Virus record (IMG/VR): IMGVR_UViG_3300021164_000915
DNA: 20,000 nt
Strand: one strand, 5' to 3'
DNA from: an uncultured virus (IMG/VR IMGVR_UViG_3300021164_000915)
Taxonomy: Duplodnaviria; Heunggongvirae; Uroviricota; Caudoviricetes
Shown: positions 1-9,136 of the stretch, piece after piece
How positions within the stretch are numbered: the stretch's first letter is position 1
Layout of the letters: each line of letters starts with the position of its first letter
Position numbers and translations under genes: made by a program
Notes under the pieces: model-generated
Told to the model about the DNA's origin: nothing
The model's database searches: none
What the model saw: the letters and a program-made list of their open reading frames with translations, nothing else

Positions 1-67
1 TCAATCTTGGACCCATCAAAAATAATCAACAGATGGATTTACACCATCAATTACAAAGGAGAAATAT

Positions 68-739
68 ATGGGAATAGTAAAAGGTCTAAAAGATCTTAAT
101 AAAGTTATGGACAAGCCACAGTCAAGCGGTGGCGAAGGAACAAAGGGCCGTTGGGTAAAGCTAGAGGATGCAGAAAGCGTAAAGATTCGCTTCTTGCAGG
201 AACTAGATCCAGATTCACCTACATACAGCGAAAAGGCTGGGCTTGGGTTTATTGCTGTAGAGCACACAAATCCAAAAGACTATCGCCGTAAGGGTCTTTG
301 CACAATGGAAGATCAAGGCAAGTGCTACGGATGTGAACAACACCGTAAAGATTACAAGGCGGGATGGAAGGGTCGTTCACGACTTTACATTAATGTTCTT
401 GTTGACGATGGCAAGGAAGATCCATACGTGGCTATTCTTTCTCAAGGGTCAAGCGGTAAAACAATTACCCCAACACTAATTGAATATGCTGGCGAAATGG
501 GAAGCATCACTAATCTGATGTGGCGTGTTAAGCGTTCTGGAACAAAGACAGACACAAGTTACACAATCATTCCTTTAGCAAAAGATGAGGCGCCATTTGA
601 TGCTTCGTCGCTAGAACTGTTTGAGCTTGAAACAGCAGCAGTTCGTGACATGCCTTATACAGAACAAGAAGCTTTCTTTGCTGGCGAAAGTACTCATGCA
701 GATGAGCCTTCAGCAACTAGCAGCAACTTAGACTGGTAA
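68..739 (+). CDS. Single-stranded DNA-binding protein, T4 gp32-like
   Basis: Strong SD (AAGGAG, 56-61). It has the VKIRFL segment, a His plus C-x7-C-x2-C putative zinc site like gp32 (H...LCTMEDQGKCYGC), 'RSGTKTDTSYTIIP', and an acidic C-terminal tail ending in an aromatic residue (NLDW). Located just upstream of the polymerase. Confidence 0.8.
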   Translation: MGIVKGLKDLNKVMDKPQSSGGEGTKGRWVKLEDAESVKIRFLQELDPDSPTYSEKAGLGFIAVEHTNPKDYRRKGLCTMEDQGKCYGCEQHRKDYKAGWKGRSRLYINVLVDDGKEDPYVAILSQGSSGKTITPTLIEYAGEMGSITNLMWRVKRSGTKTDTSYTIIPLAKDEAPFDASSLELFELETAAVRDMPYTEQEAFFAGESTHADEPSATSSNLDW

Positions 740-751
740 ACAATTAAATAG

Positions 752-785
752 CAGGGGCAGTCTATTGACTGCCCCTGTATTATTT
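752..785 (+). terminator. Intrinsic terminator-like hairpin after SSB
   Basis: Perfect 11-bp inverted repeat CAGGGGCAGTC (752-762) / GACTGCCCCTG (767-777) with a TATT loop, followed by T-rich TATTATTT. It begins 13 nt after the SSB stop. Confidence 0.75.
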
Positions 786-793
786 AGTAGAAT
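765..793 (+). promoter_or_regulatory. Sigma70/SigA-type promoter for a probably leaderless transcript (ORF 800 + dnaE)
   Basis: TTGACT (765-770), 17-bp spacer, TAGAAT (788-793). The ATG at 800 lies 6 nt downstream with no SD. Confidence 0.75.
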
Positions 794-799
794 GACAAT

Positions 800-1006
800 A
801 TGATATCATACGAAATACCAGATCCTTTTGATACTTTTGTGGCGCACAAGTATAAAGACTATAAAGGAATGCTCTATGATTTCTTTGCAAGAGAATGGCA
901 TTTAAAAGCAGCGTGTTGTGGCGAAGACCTTTATGCGCCAAACAAAAAAACTATGACTAAGATAAGACTTTATCATACAAGAAACGAATGCATGGGCGGA
1001 TACTAA
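800..1006 (+). CDS. Hypothetical protein (68 aa, Cys/His-containing)
   Basis: The ORF fills the gap between the promoter and dnaE. Its TAA overlaps the dnaE ATG (TAATG at 1004-1008). Confidence 0.7.
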   Translation: MISYEIPDPFDTFVAHKYKDYKGMLYDFFAREWHLKAACCGEDLYAPNKKTMTKIRLYHTRNECMGGY

Positions 1007-4000
1007 TGAGCTTTACACACCTACATGTTCATTCATACTATTCATTAATGGATGGACTAAATTCACCTAAAGAATTGTGCCAAGCAGCGTTAGATGCTGG
1101 GCAAACTGCGATTGCAATTACAGACCATGGTACTCTCTCTTCACACAGAGATATGCAAATTGCCGCAAAGGAAACTGGCATTAAGCCAATTCTTGGTGTT
1201 GAGGCGTACATTTCTCCAACAGATAGGTTTGATAGATCCTCTAAAACGGATAAGTCTATTCAGGCCTATAACCATATTATTTTGCTAGCGAAAAATAAAA
1301 AGGGGTTGGAGAATATAAATATTCTACAAGAGCTAGCATGGAACGAAGGCTTTTATCATAAGCCTAGAATTGACAGAGAGGTTTTAAATGATTATAGCGA
1401 AGGTATTATCGTTCTCAGCGGATGTCTTAATGGACTCATTAGTAAGGCTATCGATAAAGGCAACATGGAGGAAGCAGAACTTCTTCTCAAAGGCTTTAAA
1501 CAAACTTTCGGACAAGATTTTTACGTGGAAGTGCAATCACATAACCCTATGGAGATCAACTCCGCCCTTCTAGAATTAGCAGACAAGCTTGGAATTAAGG
1601 CGGTGGCAACAGGAGATGCCCACTTTGCTAAAGAAGAAGATAGAATATTAGAAGAAGCGCTACTAATTCTATCAACATCTCCAAAGGCTGATAAAGATAT
1701 GGACTTTGATATGTCCAGAAATATGAAAGATATGTTAGATAGATTTAACTATCTTTATCCTGACCGCAGAATCTCATTTCAAGATATGAATCTCTTTATT
1801 CAAAGCCGTTCTGAGATAGAGGCAGACTTTAATAAAGCTGGAATTAATCGAACAGACATTTATGAGAATACAATGGAGATTGCAGATAAGGTTGGAGATT
1901 ATGATTTCCACCAGGGCTTAGACCTCCTGCCAGTTCCAAAGACCGATGCTGATGAAAGACTAAGGGAGTTGGCTGAGAAGGGCTTAGATAGGCTTCAGAA
2001 GGCCTCAGACCCTATTTATATAGACAGGCTTAACGAAGAGCTTGCTATTATTGCTAAGAAAAATTTTGCTTCATACTTCCTTGTTGTTGGAGATATGATT
2101 AATTGGGCTAAAGAAAATAACATTATGGTTGGTCCTGGTCGTGGATCTGCCGCTGGATCTTTAGTTTGTTATACATTAGGAATTACCGATGTGGATCCAA
2201 TTAAGTATGACCTTCTGTTCTTTAGATTTATTAATGAAGAACGTAACGACTTTCCAGATATTGATACTGACTTCGAAGACCGCAGAAGAAAAGAAGTTAA
2301 AGATTATTTAAAGAAAAGGTTTAAGCACGTTGCTTCCATTTCGACATACACTTATTTTAAAGACAAAGGTGTTGTTAGAGATGCTGCTCGTGTATTCATG
2401 GTTCCTCTTCAAGAAGTTAACCGTGCACTAAAGTCTGTAGATACATTTGAAGACTTTATAGATTCTCCAAACACAAAAGAATTTAGAATGCGATACCCAG
2501 AAGTTGTTTGGCTTGCCGACAGACTTCGTGGAAGAATCAGATCAGTAGGCGTACACGCTGCTGGTGTGGTTGTTGCAAAAGATGATTTAAGAAAGTTTGC
2601 ACCAGTTGAATCTCGTGAAGACTCTCAAGATAAAGTATCAGGAAGAATTCCAGTCGTCGCATACGATATGGATACGGTTGCAGATATAGGTCTTATTAAG
2701 CTAGATGCACTAGGTCTTAAGACTTTATCTGTGATCTCTGATACATTGAAGTCGATTAAAGATAGGCACGGCAAGACAATTAATCTTTCCGAAATGACCA
2801 TGGATGACGCCAATGTTTACAAGATGCTAAACGACGGGTATACAAAAGGTGTATTCCAAGCAGAAGCAACTCCTTACACAAACCTTTTGATTAAGATGGG
2901 TGTAGACAAGTTTGAGGATCTTGCTGCTTCTAATGCACTTGTTCGTCCTGGTGCAATGAATACAGTGGGTGCAGCTTATATTGGCCGTAAGAATGGCAAT
3001 GAAGCTGTGGACTACATGCATAAAATAATGAAGCCTTTTACCGAGAATACATATGGTGTTATTATATATCAAGAGCAAGTTATGCAGGCATGTGTACACT
3101 TGGGCGGTATGACTTGGGCAGAGGCTGATAAGGTCCGCAAGATTATTGGAAAGAAAAAGGATGCAAAAGAGTTCGACCAGTTCAAAGATAAGTTTATTGC
3201 TGGGGCTTCAGAACACATTACTAAGAAAAAAGCCGAAGCGCTATGGCATGATTTTGAAGCGCATGCTGGTTATTCTTTTAACCGTTCCCATGCTGTTGCT
3301 TACTCTATGCTTAGTTATTATACTGCTTGGCTTAAGTTTTATTATCCGCTTGAGTTCATGTTTTCAATTCTTAAAAATGAAAATGACAAAGACGCAAGAA
3401 CAGAATATTTAATTGAGTCAAAGAGACTGGGACTCAAGGTATTACTGCCCCACATCAACGAGTCTCAAGTTTATTTTTCATTACAAGACAACGCAATTAG
3501 ATTTGGATTGGCTGAAGTAAAGTTTATTTCAGACAGCATTGCAAACAAAATAATAGAAAGAAGACCGTTCAGTGACTATGCTGACTTTATTGATAAGGCA
3601 TCGAAAAAGGGTTCTGGCATTAATAGCCGTGCTATTGCTGCTCTTAACTCCATCGGCGGTGCTGCGTTTACTGATAACAAAAGGCAAGGAAATGAAAAAG
3701 ATAATTACTACGAATACTTAGGTATTCCAACATTTAATCTTGAAGGAATCCCTCCAAGGATTAAAGCTCAGGCAAGACCAATTGAAGAGTTTGATGACCT
3801 TGGTTCATTTGTAATGTTTGGAATGGTGAAGTCAATCAAGCGTGGAAATGGGTGGGCTAGAGTAGAGCTTGTAGATGAAACTGGGTCCGTTGGATTATTC
3901 CATACCGAGCAAACACAAATTGAAACAGGTCAAATGTATTTTATTTTGGTCGGAGATAATAGAATATCCAGATACATCAAGGTATCAGATATTAATCCAG

Positions 4001-4275
4001 ACTCTAATGATTTATTTGTAGACTATTTATATAGAAAGAGCTACGATCTTGAAGAAGACGAGTACATTGTGGTAAACTTTACACCTTATACAACAAAGGC
4101 TGGAAAGCAAATGAGCCACATTGTGTTGTCAGATAGAGACAAAAAGTTAACAAGAGCAATTGCTTTCCCAGCAATGTATAAAATGACTTTAGCAAAAATG
4201 CGAGAAGGAATGAAATGCAAGGTGACGTTAGCTAAACTAGATGACGGAACGCTAAATATCAAGGAGATAAAATGA
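1006..4275 (+). CDS. dnaE: DNA polymerase III alpha subunit (family C, DnaE-type)
   Basis: PHP domain (FTHLHVHS, AITDHG, ATGDAH), GPGRGSAAGSLV, catalytic PDIDTDF, GVHAAGVV, GLIKLDALGL, YSFNRSHAVAYS, and IRFGLAEVK HhH. Start moved from 988 to 1006 on the basis of TAATG coupling and the typical MSFTHLHVH N-terminus. Confidence 0.97.
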   Translation: MSFTHLHVHSYYSLMDGLNSPKELCQAALDAGQTAIAITDHGTLSSHRDMQIAAKETGIKPILGVEAYISPTDRFDRSSKTDKSIQAYNHIILLAKNKKGLENINILQELAWNEGFYHKPRIDREVLNDYSEGIIVLSGCLNGLISKAIDKGNMEEAELLLKGFKQTFGQDFYVEVQSHNPMEINSALLELADKLGIKAVATGDAHFAKEEDRILEEALLILSTSPKADKDMDFDMSRNMKDMLDRFNYLYPDRRISFQDMNLFIQSRSEIEADFNKAGINRTDIYENTMEIADKVGDYDFHQGLDLLPVPKTDADERLRELAEKGLDRLQKASDPIYIDRLNEELAIIAKKNFASYFLVVGDMINWAKENNIMVGPGRGSAAGSLVCYTLGITDVDPIKYDLLFFRFINEERNDFPDIDTDFEDRRRKEVKDYLKKRFKHVASISTYTYFKDKGVVRDAARVFMVPLQEVNRALKSVDTFEDFIDSPNTKEFRMRYPEVVWLADRLRGRIRSVGVHAAGVVVAKDDLRKFAPVESREDSQDKVSGRIPVVAYDMDTVADIGLIKLDALGLKTLSVISDTLKSIKDRHGKTINLSEMTMDDANVYKMLNDGYTKGVFQAEATPYTNLLIKMGVDKFEDLAASNALVRPGAMNTVGAAYIGRKNGNEAVDYMHKIMKPFTENTYGVIIYQEQVMQACVHLGGMTWAEADKVRKIIGKKKDAKEFDQFKDKFIAGASEHITKKKAEALWHDFEAHAGYSFNRSHAVAYSMLSYYTAWLKFYYPLEFMFSILKNENDKDARTEYLIESKRLGLKVLLPHINESQVYFSLQDNAIRFGLAEVKFISDSIANKIIERRPFSDYADFIDKASKKGSGINSRAIAALNSIGGAAFTDNKRQGNEKDNYYEYLGIPTFNLEGIPPRIKAQARPIEEFDDLGSFVMFGMVKSIKRGNGWARVELVDETGSVGLFHTEQTQIETGQMYFILVGDNRISRYIKVSDINPDSNDLFVDYLYRKSYDLEEDEYIVVNFTPYTTKAGKQMSHIVLSDRDKKLTRAIAFPAMYKMTLAKMREGMKCKVTLAKLDDGTLNIKEIK

Positions 4276-4523
4276 CAGAAGACATTAAAGTGAGTACAGC
4301 AGAGGATATATTTGGTGCCCTTAGCGTACCAAAGATTTTAATTGCGGCACTAGAGACGCTTGGCACAATCACAGTGCCCACAGATTTATTTATGAATGCT
4401 GCAACAGATGACCAAGAACTTAAGGTTGATTACAATTCAGATGATCAGACATTTACATTTACGCTAAAAGGAAAAAATGAATCAGGGTTCAATAACGACC
4501 AGCTCATTACAGACTTCGAGTAA
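4272..4523 (+). CDS. Hypothetical acidic protein
   Basis: SD AAGGAG upstream and an ATGA overlap with the dnaE stop. No recognisable motif. Confidence 0.75.
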   Translation: MTEDIKVSTAEDIFGALSVPKILIAALETLGTITVPTDLFMNAATDDQELKVDYNSDDQTFTFTLKGKNESGFNNDQLITDFE

Positions 4524-4530
4524 AGGTGAG

Positions 4531-4869
4531 ATGGTACTAGTCACAGACTATGGGCTAGACGTACTTGCAGCATTATTGCACGAGACTGCAATTGAAAAGG
4601 GGTTTTGGGATAAGCCAAAAAACTTTGACGTGTTTGGAAACAAGTTGGCTTTAATACACTCTGAGGTAACCGAAGTTCTTGAAGCTATAAGAAAGAATAA
4701 AGGATCTGAAGAAATCGTAGAAGAGATGGTTGACATCTTAATTAGAACTCTTGACCTATATGCATCAATGCGTAACGGTGGTTTTGTAGAACATAGTTTA
4801 GATGAAGTTTTATTTAAAAAAATGGAAATTAATAAAGAAAGACCAAAGCTTCACGGCAATTTATTTTAA
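4531..4869 (+). CDS. MazG-like all-alpha NTP pyrophosphohydrolase
   Basis: Motif LALIHSEVTEVLEAIRK...EEMVDILIRTLD (ExxE...EExxD) and C-terminal KMEINKERP. The start at 4531 is preferred (SD AAGGTGAG, 7 nt after the previous stop) over the overlapping start at 4477. Confidence 0.85.
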   Translation: MVLVTDYGLDVLAALLHETAIEKGFWDKPKNFDVFGNKLALIHSEVTEVLEAIRKNKGSEEIVEEMVDILIRTLDLYASMRNGGFVEHSLDEVLFKKMEINKERPKLHGNLF

Positions 4870-4878
4870 TGATATAAT
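4870..4878 (+). promoter_or_regulatory. Extended -10 promoter (TGA-TATAAT) upstream of recA
   Basis: TG-n-TATAAT in the 30-nt intergenic gap, 21 nt before the recA ATG. Confidence 0.55.
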
Positions 4879-4899
4879 TGTATAAAAGAAAGAGAATAA

Positions 4900-5904
4900 A
4901 TGACTATAGCGATAGACGATATCCTAGCAGCACTAGATCCAAAAACAAGAGCAAGAGTTAAAGCAGCACAAGACGTAAAAGTAGAAAAGCAAAAGACACC
5001 AAGCATTGGCCTTAACATGGCCTTAAAAGGTGGGCTTGGCTACGGAAGACAGGTTCTTGTTTGGGGCAATAAGTCAGCGGGAAAATCTTCATTCTGTTTA
5101 CAGATGATTGCGATTGCACAAAAAGAAGGTAAGACTTGTGCATGGATTGATGCTGAAGCATCATACGATCAGGCTTGGGCAGAGATGCTTGGAGTAGATT
5201 CGTCTTCCCTTATCTACTCACCAGCTAAAACAGTTAATGATATGGTCGATGTTGCTACCAAGCTAATGGATGCGGGTGTTGATATTATTGTAGTTGATTC
5301 TATATCAGCATTACTACCAGCTATTTATTTTGAAAAAGATGGAAATGAAATGAAAGATTTGCAAGACACAAAGCAAATCGGCGCTGAAGCAAAGGATATG
5401 ACTCACGCAGTCAAGATGTTAAACTATGCAAACAAGAACACATTATTGGTACTCATCTCACAACAGAGAAATCAGTTTGGATCTATGCATGCCTCCCACA
5501 TACCGACAGGAGGAATGGCAGTCAAGTTCTTCTCTTCCACCGTCATTAAGCTTTGGTCTTCTGAGGCTGAAGCTAATGCTATCAAAGCAGGCGTTAAGGT
5601 TGGCGACAAGATTATTGAACAAAGAGTTGGCAGACCAGTCAATTGGATTATTGATTACAACAAACTCGGCCCCCCTAACTTATCTGGACAATACGATTTC
5701 TACTACCAAGGAGAATCCCTAGGGGTTGATCTTGTAGGAGAGACTTTAGATGTAGCAGAAATGGTGGGTGCCATAGAAAAGGGTGGAGCTTGGTATACTG
5801 TTAATGGAGAAAGATTACAGGGACGTGCTAAGGCAGTAGCTTACCTTAGAGGAAACCCAGATGTCGTAGACAAGTTAGTAAAGGATATCAATGCCAAATC
5901 TTAA
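4900..5904 (+). CDS. recA: RecA/UvsX-like recombinase
   Basis: Walker A GNKSAGKS, WIDAEAS, Walker B IIVVDSISAL, ISQQR, PTGGMAVKFFSS, and C-terminal IEKGGAWY...QGR. Confidence 0.95.
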   Translation: MTIAIDDILAALDPKTRARVKAAQDVKVEKQKTPSIGLNMALKGGLGYGRQVLVWGNKSAGKSSFCLQMIAIAQKEGKTCAWIDAEASYDQAWAEMLGVDSSSLIYSPAKTVNDMVDVATKLMDAGVDIIVVDSISALLPAIYFEKDGNEMKDLQDTKQIGAEAKDMTHAVKMLNYANKNTLLVLISQQRNQFGSMHASHIPTGGMAVKFFSSTVIKLWSSEAEANAIKAGVKVGDKIIEQRVGRPVNWIIDYNKLGPPNLSGQYDFYYQGESLGVDLVGETLDVAEMVGAIEKGGAWYTVNGERLQGRAKAVAYLRGNPDVVDKLVKDINAKS

Positions 5905-6082
5905 TGAATTTCTTAAAAAAGAAGAGCCGAAGCAAATCAATTCTACATTCGAAGACCTTCCAGGAATAAAGCCATGCTCTAAGTGTGATGTTGATGTAGA
6001 TGGTGGGTTGTGGGATCCCGAAAATTTAATAATGAAGTGGACGTGCCCAGAAGGTCACGAAACAATACATAGGGTTGGATAA
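5891..6082 (+). CDS. Small zinc-ribbon protein
   Basis: CSKC...WTCPEGH (CxxC, CxxxH). SD-like AAGGA upstream, and the ORF overlaps the recA end. Confidence 0.7.
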   Translation: MPNLNEFLKKEEPKQINSTFEDLPGIKPCSKCDVDVDGGLWDPENLIMKWTCPEGHETIHRVG

Positions 6083-6083
6083 T

Positions 6084-6911
6084 ATGAAATACGCAGACGT
6101 ACAGAAGATACAGGTTGCACCTCAAATAGTTGTCTATAGAAATATATTTAAATTTAATCAAGAGATGATTGACCTGCTTGACAAAGACAATGCTGACTCT
6201 ATTCTAGACCCTTGGAGAGATTGGTATGATCAGGGAGAGCGAAGAGGCATACTCTTTAATAAATTTAATGATATATCTGAATCTGATACTAATGTGGCAA
6301 AAAAAGAAAAAGAATATCTAAAAGAAATTTATGACATAACGGACTTTATTAATAACGATTACTTTAATGAATTTAAAAACAATGGCACTTGGCCCGAATT
6401 CATTCTTGACTGGGATAAACTAAAGTCAATAGAAGATGAAATCTATATTGATTATTTTAAGTATGAACATGAAAAGGAAAAAAGATTTAACCGACCAGCA
6501 GAAAAGCTTCTGATGGATTATCATATTGATGAGCTTCCAATACCAAATGAAATTAAATTTAGAAGGCATGTAGCAACAATTAATTTTTATTTAAATAACA
6601 CTTACGACGGCGGCGAAATTTGTGTGTACGATGATGTATCTAAGAAAAGCTATAAGTATAAGCCAATGCCAGGAGATGCAGTTATAATGCCGTCCACAGA
6701 GCCATTTTATCATGGAGTAAAACAATACTTTAATGCTAATAGATATTTTGCAAGAACATTTTTAGACTATGTATCAGACAAGAATATATCCTGGGAAAGC
6801 AAATACATCGTAGAGCCTGATGCTGTGATGACAGAATCAGAATATGTTGACAACGATCTTCAGATAATAAAGATATCTACTAACGAGATTACAGTAGAGA
6901 ACGGTTCTTAG
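6084..6911 (+). CDS. 2OG-Fe(II) oxygenase (prolyl-4-hydroxylase-like)
   Basis: HxD (YHIDE), 'NFYLNNTYDGGEI', 'YKPMPGDAVIMPS', distal His (FYHGV) and Arg (NRYFAR). The ATG at 6084 is preferred over the TTG at 6075. Confidence 0.88.
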   Translation: MKYADVQKIQVAPQIVVYRNIFKFNQEMIDLLDKDNADSILDPWRDWYDQGERRGILFNKFNDISESDTNVAKKEKEYLKEIYDITDFINNDYFNEFKNNGTWPEFILDWDKLKSIEDEIYIDYFKYEHEKEKRFNRPAEKLLMDYHIDELPIPNEIKFRRHVATINFYLNNTYDGGEICVYDDVSKKSYKYKPMPGDAVIMPSTEPFYHGVKQYFNANRYFARTFLDYVSDKNISWESKYIVEPDAVMTESEYVDNDLQIIKISTNEITVENGS

Positions 6912-6912
6912 T

Positions 6913-7227
6913 ATGTCGGAAAGATCAGAGATAAAAAGAGATGGCGCAAAAGGACAAAAAAATTCTGGGCGTGGGGACTACCAAAAGGGAGATGCTCTAT
7001 GGCATAACTTTGTGGTAGATTACAAAGAGTACTCAAAATCTATTTCTATATCAAAGGGAATGTGGTCCAAAATATGCACCGACACATTTAAAGTCAGCAG
7101 AGACAAGAGTCCAGTTCTAAAATTAGTATTGGGTTCTGATGGATCTAAAACAAGACTTGCAGTAATAGAGTGGGCAATGCTAGAACAATTAATAGAATGT
7201 TGGGAGAAAAACAATGTACACGGTTAA
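6913..7227 (+). CDS. Holliday-junction-resolvase-like PD-(D/E)xK nuclease (Hjc-type)
   Basis: E...KNSGRG...KGDA...VVDYKE pattern typical of phage Hjc-like resolvases, in a recombination gene context. Confidence 0.65.
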   Translation: MSERSEIKRDGAKGQKNSGRGDYQKGDALWHNFVVDYKEYSKSISISKGMWSKICTDTFKVSRDKSPVLKLVLGSDGSKTRLAVIEWAMLEQLIECWEKNNVHG

Positions 7228-7918
7228 TGCATACAGAGACAACCACAGAGACCTGTCAGCAAAAATAAGACAATTGCCTCCAAAGAGAGACTGGATGCAC
7301 TCAGTTACATACAACTGTACTCCAATAATGGCAGCAAACTCTCTTGGGTATGGAATTTATTTTGACCAAGACATTTCATTTGTCTGGGACGGCGATAGAA
7401 AGAACCCAGCCACAGCAATACTTGGAGGAGATCATATATGGTCTGGTAGAGGGGAAGGAACCGTAAGCTTTAATACTAATCTAATATTTAGAACTGACCC
7501 AGATGTAAGCATACTTACCATGCCAGTACCAAATCAATTTATTGAAGGTGCAGAAGTTATAACAACCGTTTTATCATCATCTATATTTACAGGATCATTT
7601 CCAATTGTATGGAAACTTCATGAACCAAACAGAGAGTATTTTGTAAAGGCTGGAACGGATGTTGCCTGTATACTTCCAGTTTCAATTGCACAATTTCAAG
7701 ACTCAAACATCAATGTTTTAAATGAGATCTACCCATCAGATAAAAGAATTCAAGACACGCAAGGATACCTAGATGAAATTCAAAGAGCAGTTTCAGCGGA
7801 TGAGCCAAGGCTAAAGATGTACAAAAAAGCTATAGACCATAAAGGAAACAAGATAGGAAAACATGAGGTTGATAATCTAAAAATGAAGGTAACAGAATTT
7901 GAGGGTAATTTAAAATGA
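7214..7918 (+). CDS. DUF6065-like protein
   Basis: N-terminal KRDWM...YNCTPIMAANSLGYGI motif, 'PVPNQF', and 'WKLHEPN...F.KAG..VACILP'. Family recognised from memory. Confidence 0.65.
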   Translation: MYTVNAYRDNHRDLSAKIRQLPPKRDWMHSVTYNCTPIMAANSLGYGIYFDQDISFVWDGDRKNPATAILGGDHIWSGRGEGTVSFNTNLIFRTDPDVSILTMPVPNQFIEGAEVITTVLSSSIFTGSFPIVWKLHEPNREYFVKAGTDVACILPVSIAQFQDSNINVLNEIYPSDKRIQDTQGYLDEIQRAVSADEPRLKMYKKAIDHKGNKIGKHEVDNLKMKVTEFEGNLK

Positions 7919-8019
7919 CTATGTTTTTATTAGGATTAATGGTAGGATTTATTATTGGGTATCCAGTCGGACTATTCATTGACAAGTGGGACAAGAGGAT
8001 TAAAAATGGCGGAAGATAA
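7915..8019 (+). CDS. Small membrane protein (34 aa), absent from ORF track
   Basis: MTMFLLGLMVGFIIGYPVGLFIDKWDKRIKNGGR*. ATGA overlap with the upstream stop, one hydrophobic Gly-rich helix and a basic tail. Confidence 0.65.
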   Translation: MTMFLLGLMVGFIIGYPVGLFIDKWDKRIKNGGR

Positions 8020-8344
8020 GAACACACTTCAATTGATTAGTGATATAACAGAGTTCAATGACCTACATGAGTATATGCAAGATGAGCACTTAGACAAAGC
8101 ACTGGCTATTGTTGTAAAGCTATTGATGACACCAGATGTCCCCTCAGCAAAAGCCCCTATGCTTATTATGGAACTTCAAGCAATGTCTACCAAGTTTGCC
8201 GTAATGTCTTCTGTGTATTCAACTATTGCTAAGGATAAAGCGGGAACCGTAAATAACAATAAGAAAAACGTTTACTATTCAGTAAAGGAGTCCATAGACA
8301 AACTTGTAGATGCACTTAAGTATGTCGTTAGGTACAACTCATAA
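8006..8344 (+). CDS. Hypothetical alpha-helical phage protein
   Basis: Start moved from 7955 to the ATG at 8006 (SD GAGGA, 7995-7999). It abuts the Cas4-like gene. Confidence 0.75.
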   Translation: MAEDKNTLQLISDITEFNDLHEYMQDEHLDKALAIVVKLLMTPDVPSAKAPMLIMELQAMSTKFAVMSSVYSTIAKDKAGTVNNNKKNVYYSVKESIDKLVDALKYVVRYNS

Positions 8345-9136
8345 ATGGCTAGAGATATTGTAAAGAACCTTAAGTTTAAAAAGCATACTGGAAAGTTCTT
8401 TGATCCAGAAAAGTTTGCCTCATTACTTGACGAGTCATATCGCAATACCAAGAGAGCAGACGGACAGATGACAAAGAAGTCATTTAGCCCAAGCTCACTT
8501 GGTTATGGACATGGAACGTGTCCCAGATATTGGTACATGGCATTTTCTGGTGCAGTATTTATTGATGACAATGATGCGGTTGCAGTTGCTAATATGGCAC
8601 AGGGAACTCAAGCCCACGAAAGATTACAAAAGCTTATCTCTACTATGCCAGAGTGGAGAGCAGAAGAAGAAGAAATTATTAATGAGTATCCTCCAATTAG
8701 AGGCTTTATAGATTTAATTATGGAGTATGATGGCGAGACTGTAATTGGTGAAATCAAAACGGCAAAGCAAGAAGTTTGGGATACAAGACAATCAGAGATG
8801 AAGTCATCAGCAAACCATATGCTTCAGCTATTAACCTATATGAAATTAAAAAATGCCAAAGAGGGATTTTTCCTGTATGAAAACAAGAACACTCAAGAGA
8901 TATTGATTATTCCAATTTCAATGAATGAAAAGAATAAAGCGATTATTGAAGAAGCATTTGCTTGGATGGAGCAGGTCTGGGATAACTTTCAAAATGGAGA
9001 CCTACCAGTAAGACCAGCAGGTAGCTCAAAGTCAAAAATGCCTTGCACGTACTGCCCAGTCAAAAAAGCTTGCTACGATAAATCTGGACCAACTGGAACA
9101 GTCCAAATAGAACTATATCAGGTGCCTAAGATATGA
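8345..9136 (+). CDS. Cas4-like / RecB-family PD-(D/E)xK exonuclease (solo, not CRISPR-linked)
   Basis: SPSS...CPRYWY, GTQAHE, RGFIDL, GEIKT, QLLTY, and C-terminal CTYCPVKKAC. One N-terminal plus three C-terminal Cys form the 4Fe-4S staple. Confidence 0.88.
   Translation: MARDIVKNLKFKKHTGKFFDPEKFASLLDESYRNTKRADGQMTKKSFSPSSLGYGHGTCPRYWYMAFSGAVFIDDNDAVAVANMAQGTQAHERLQKLISTMPEWRAEEEEIINEYPPIRGFIDLIMEYDGETVIGEIKTAKQEVWDTRQSEMKSSANHMLQLLTYMKLKNAKEGFFLYENKNTQEILIIPISMNEKNKAIIEEAFAWMEQVWDNFQNGDLPVRPAGSSKSKMPCTYCPVKKACYDKSGPTGTVQIELYQVPKI

Noticed and set aside
1..67. 3' end of an upstream gene
   Set aside because: Too little sequence to determine a frame or product.
4477..4530. Longer N-terminus for the MazG-like gene
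   Set aside because: It overlaps the upstream gene by 47 nt and encodes low-complexity Ser/Thr sequence, whereas the ATG at 4531 has a good SD. Not fully excluded.
5791..5799. TGGTATACT inside recA matching the intergenic promoter motif
   Set aside because: It is explained by the conserved W-Y codons of the RecA GAWY motif. An internal promoter cannot be supported from sequence alone.
8345..9136. Cas4-like gene as evidence of a CRISPR-Cas system
   Set aside because: No repeat-spacer array or other cas genes were seen. Solo Cas4-like exonucleases are common in phages.
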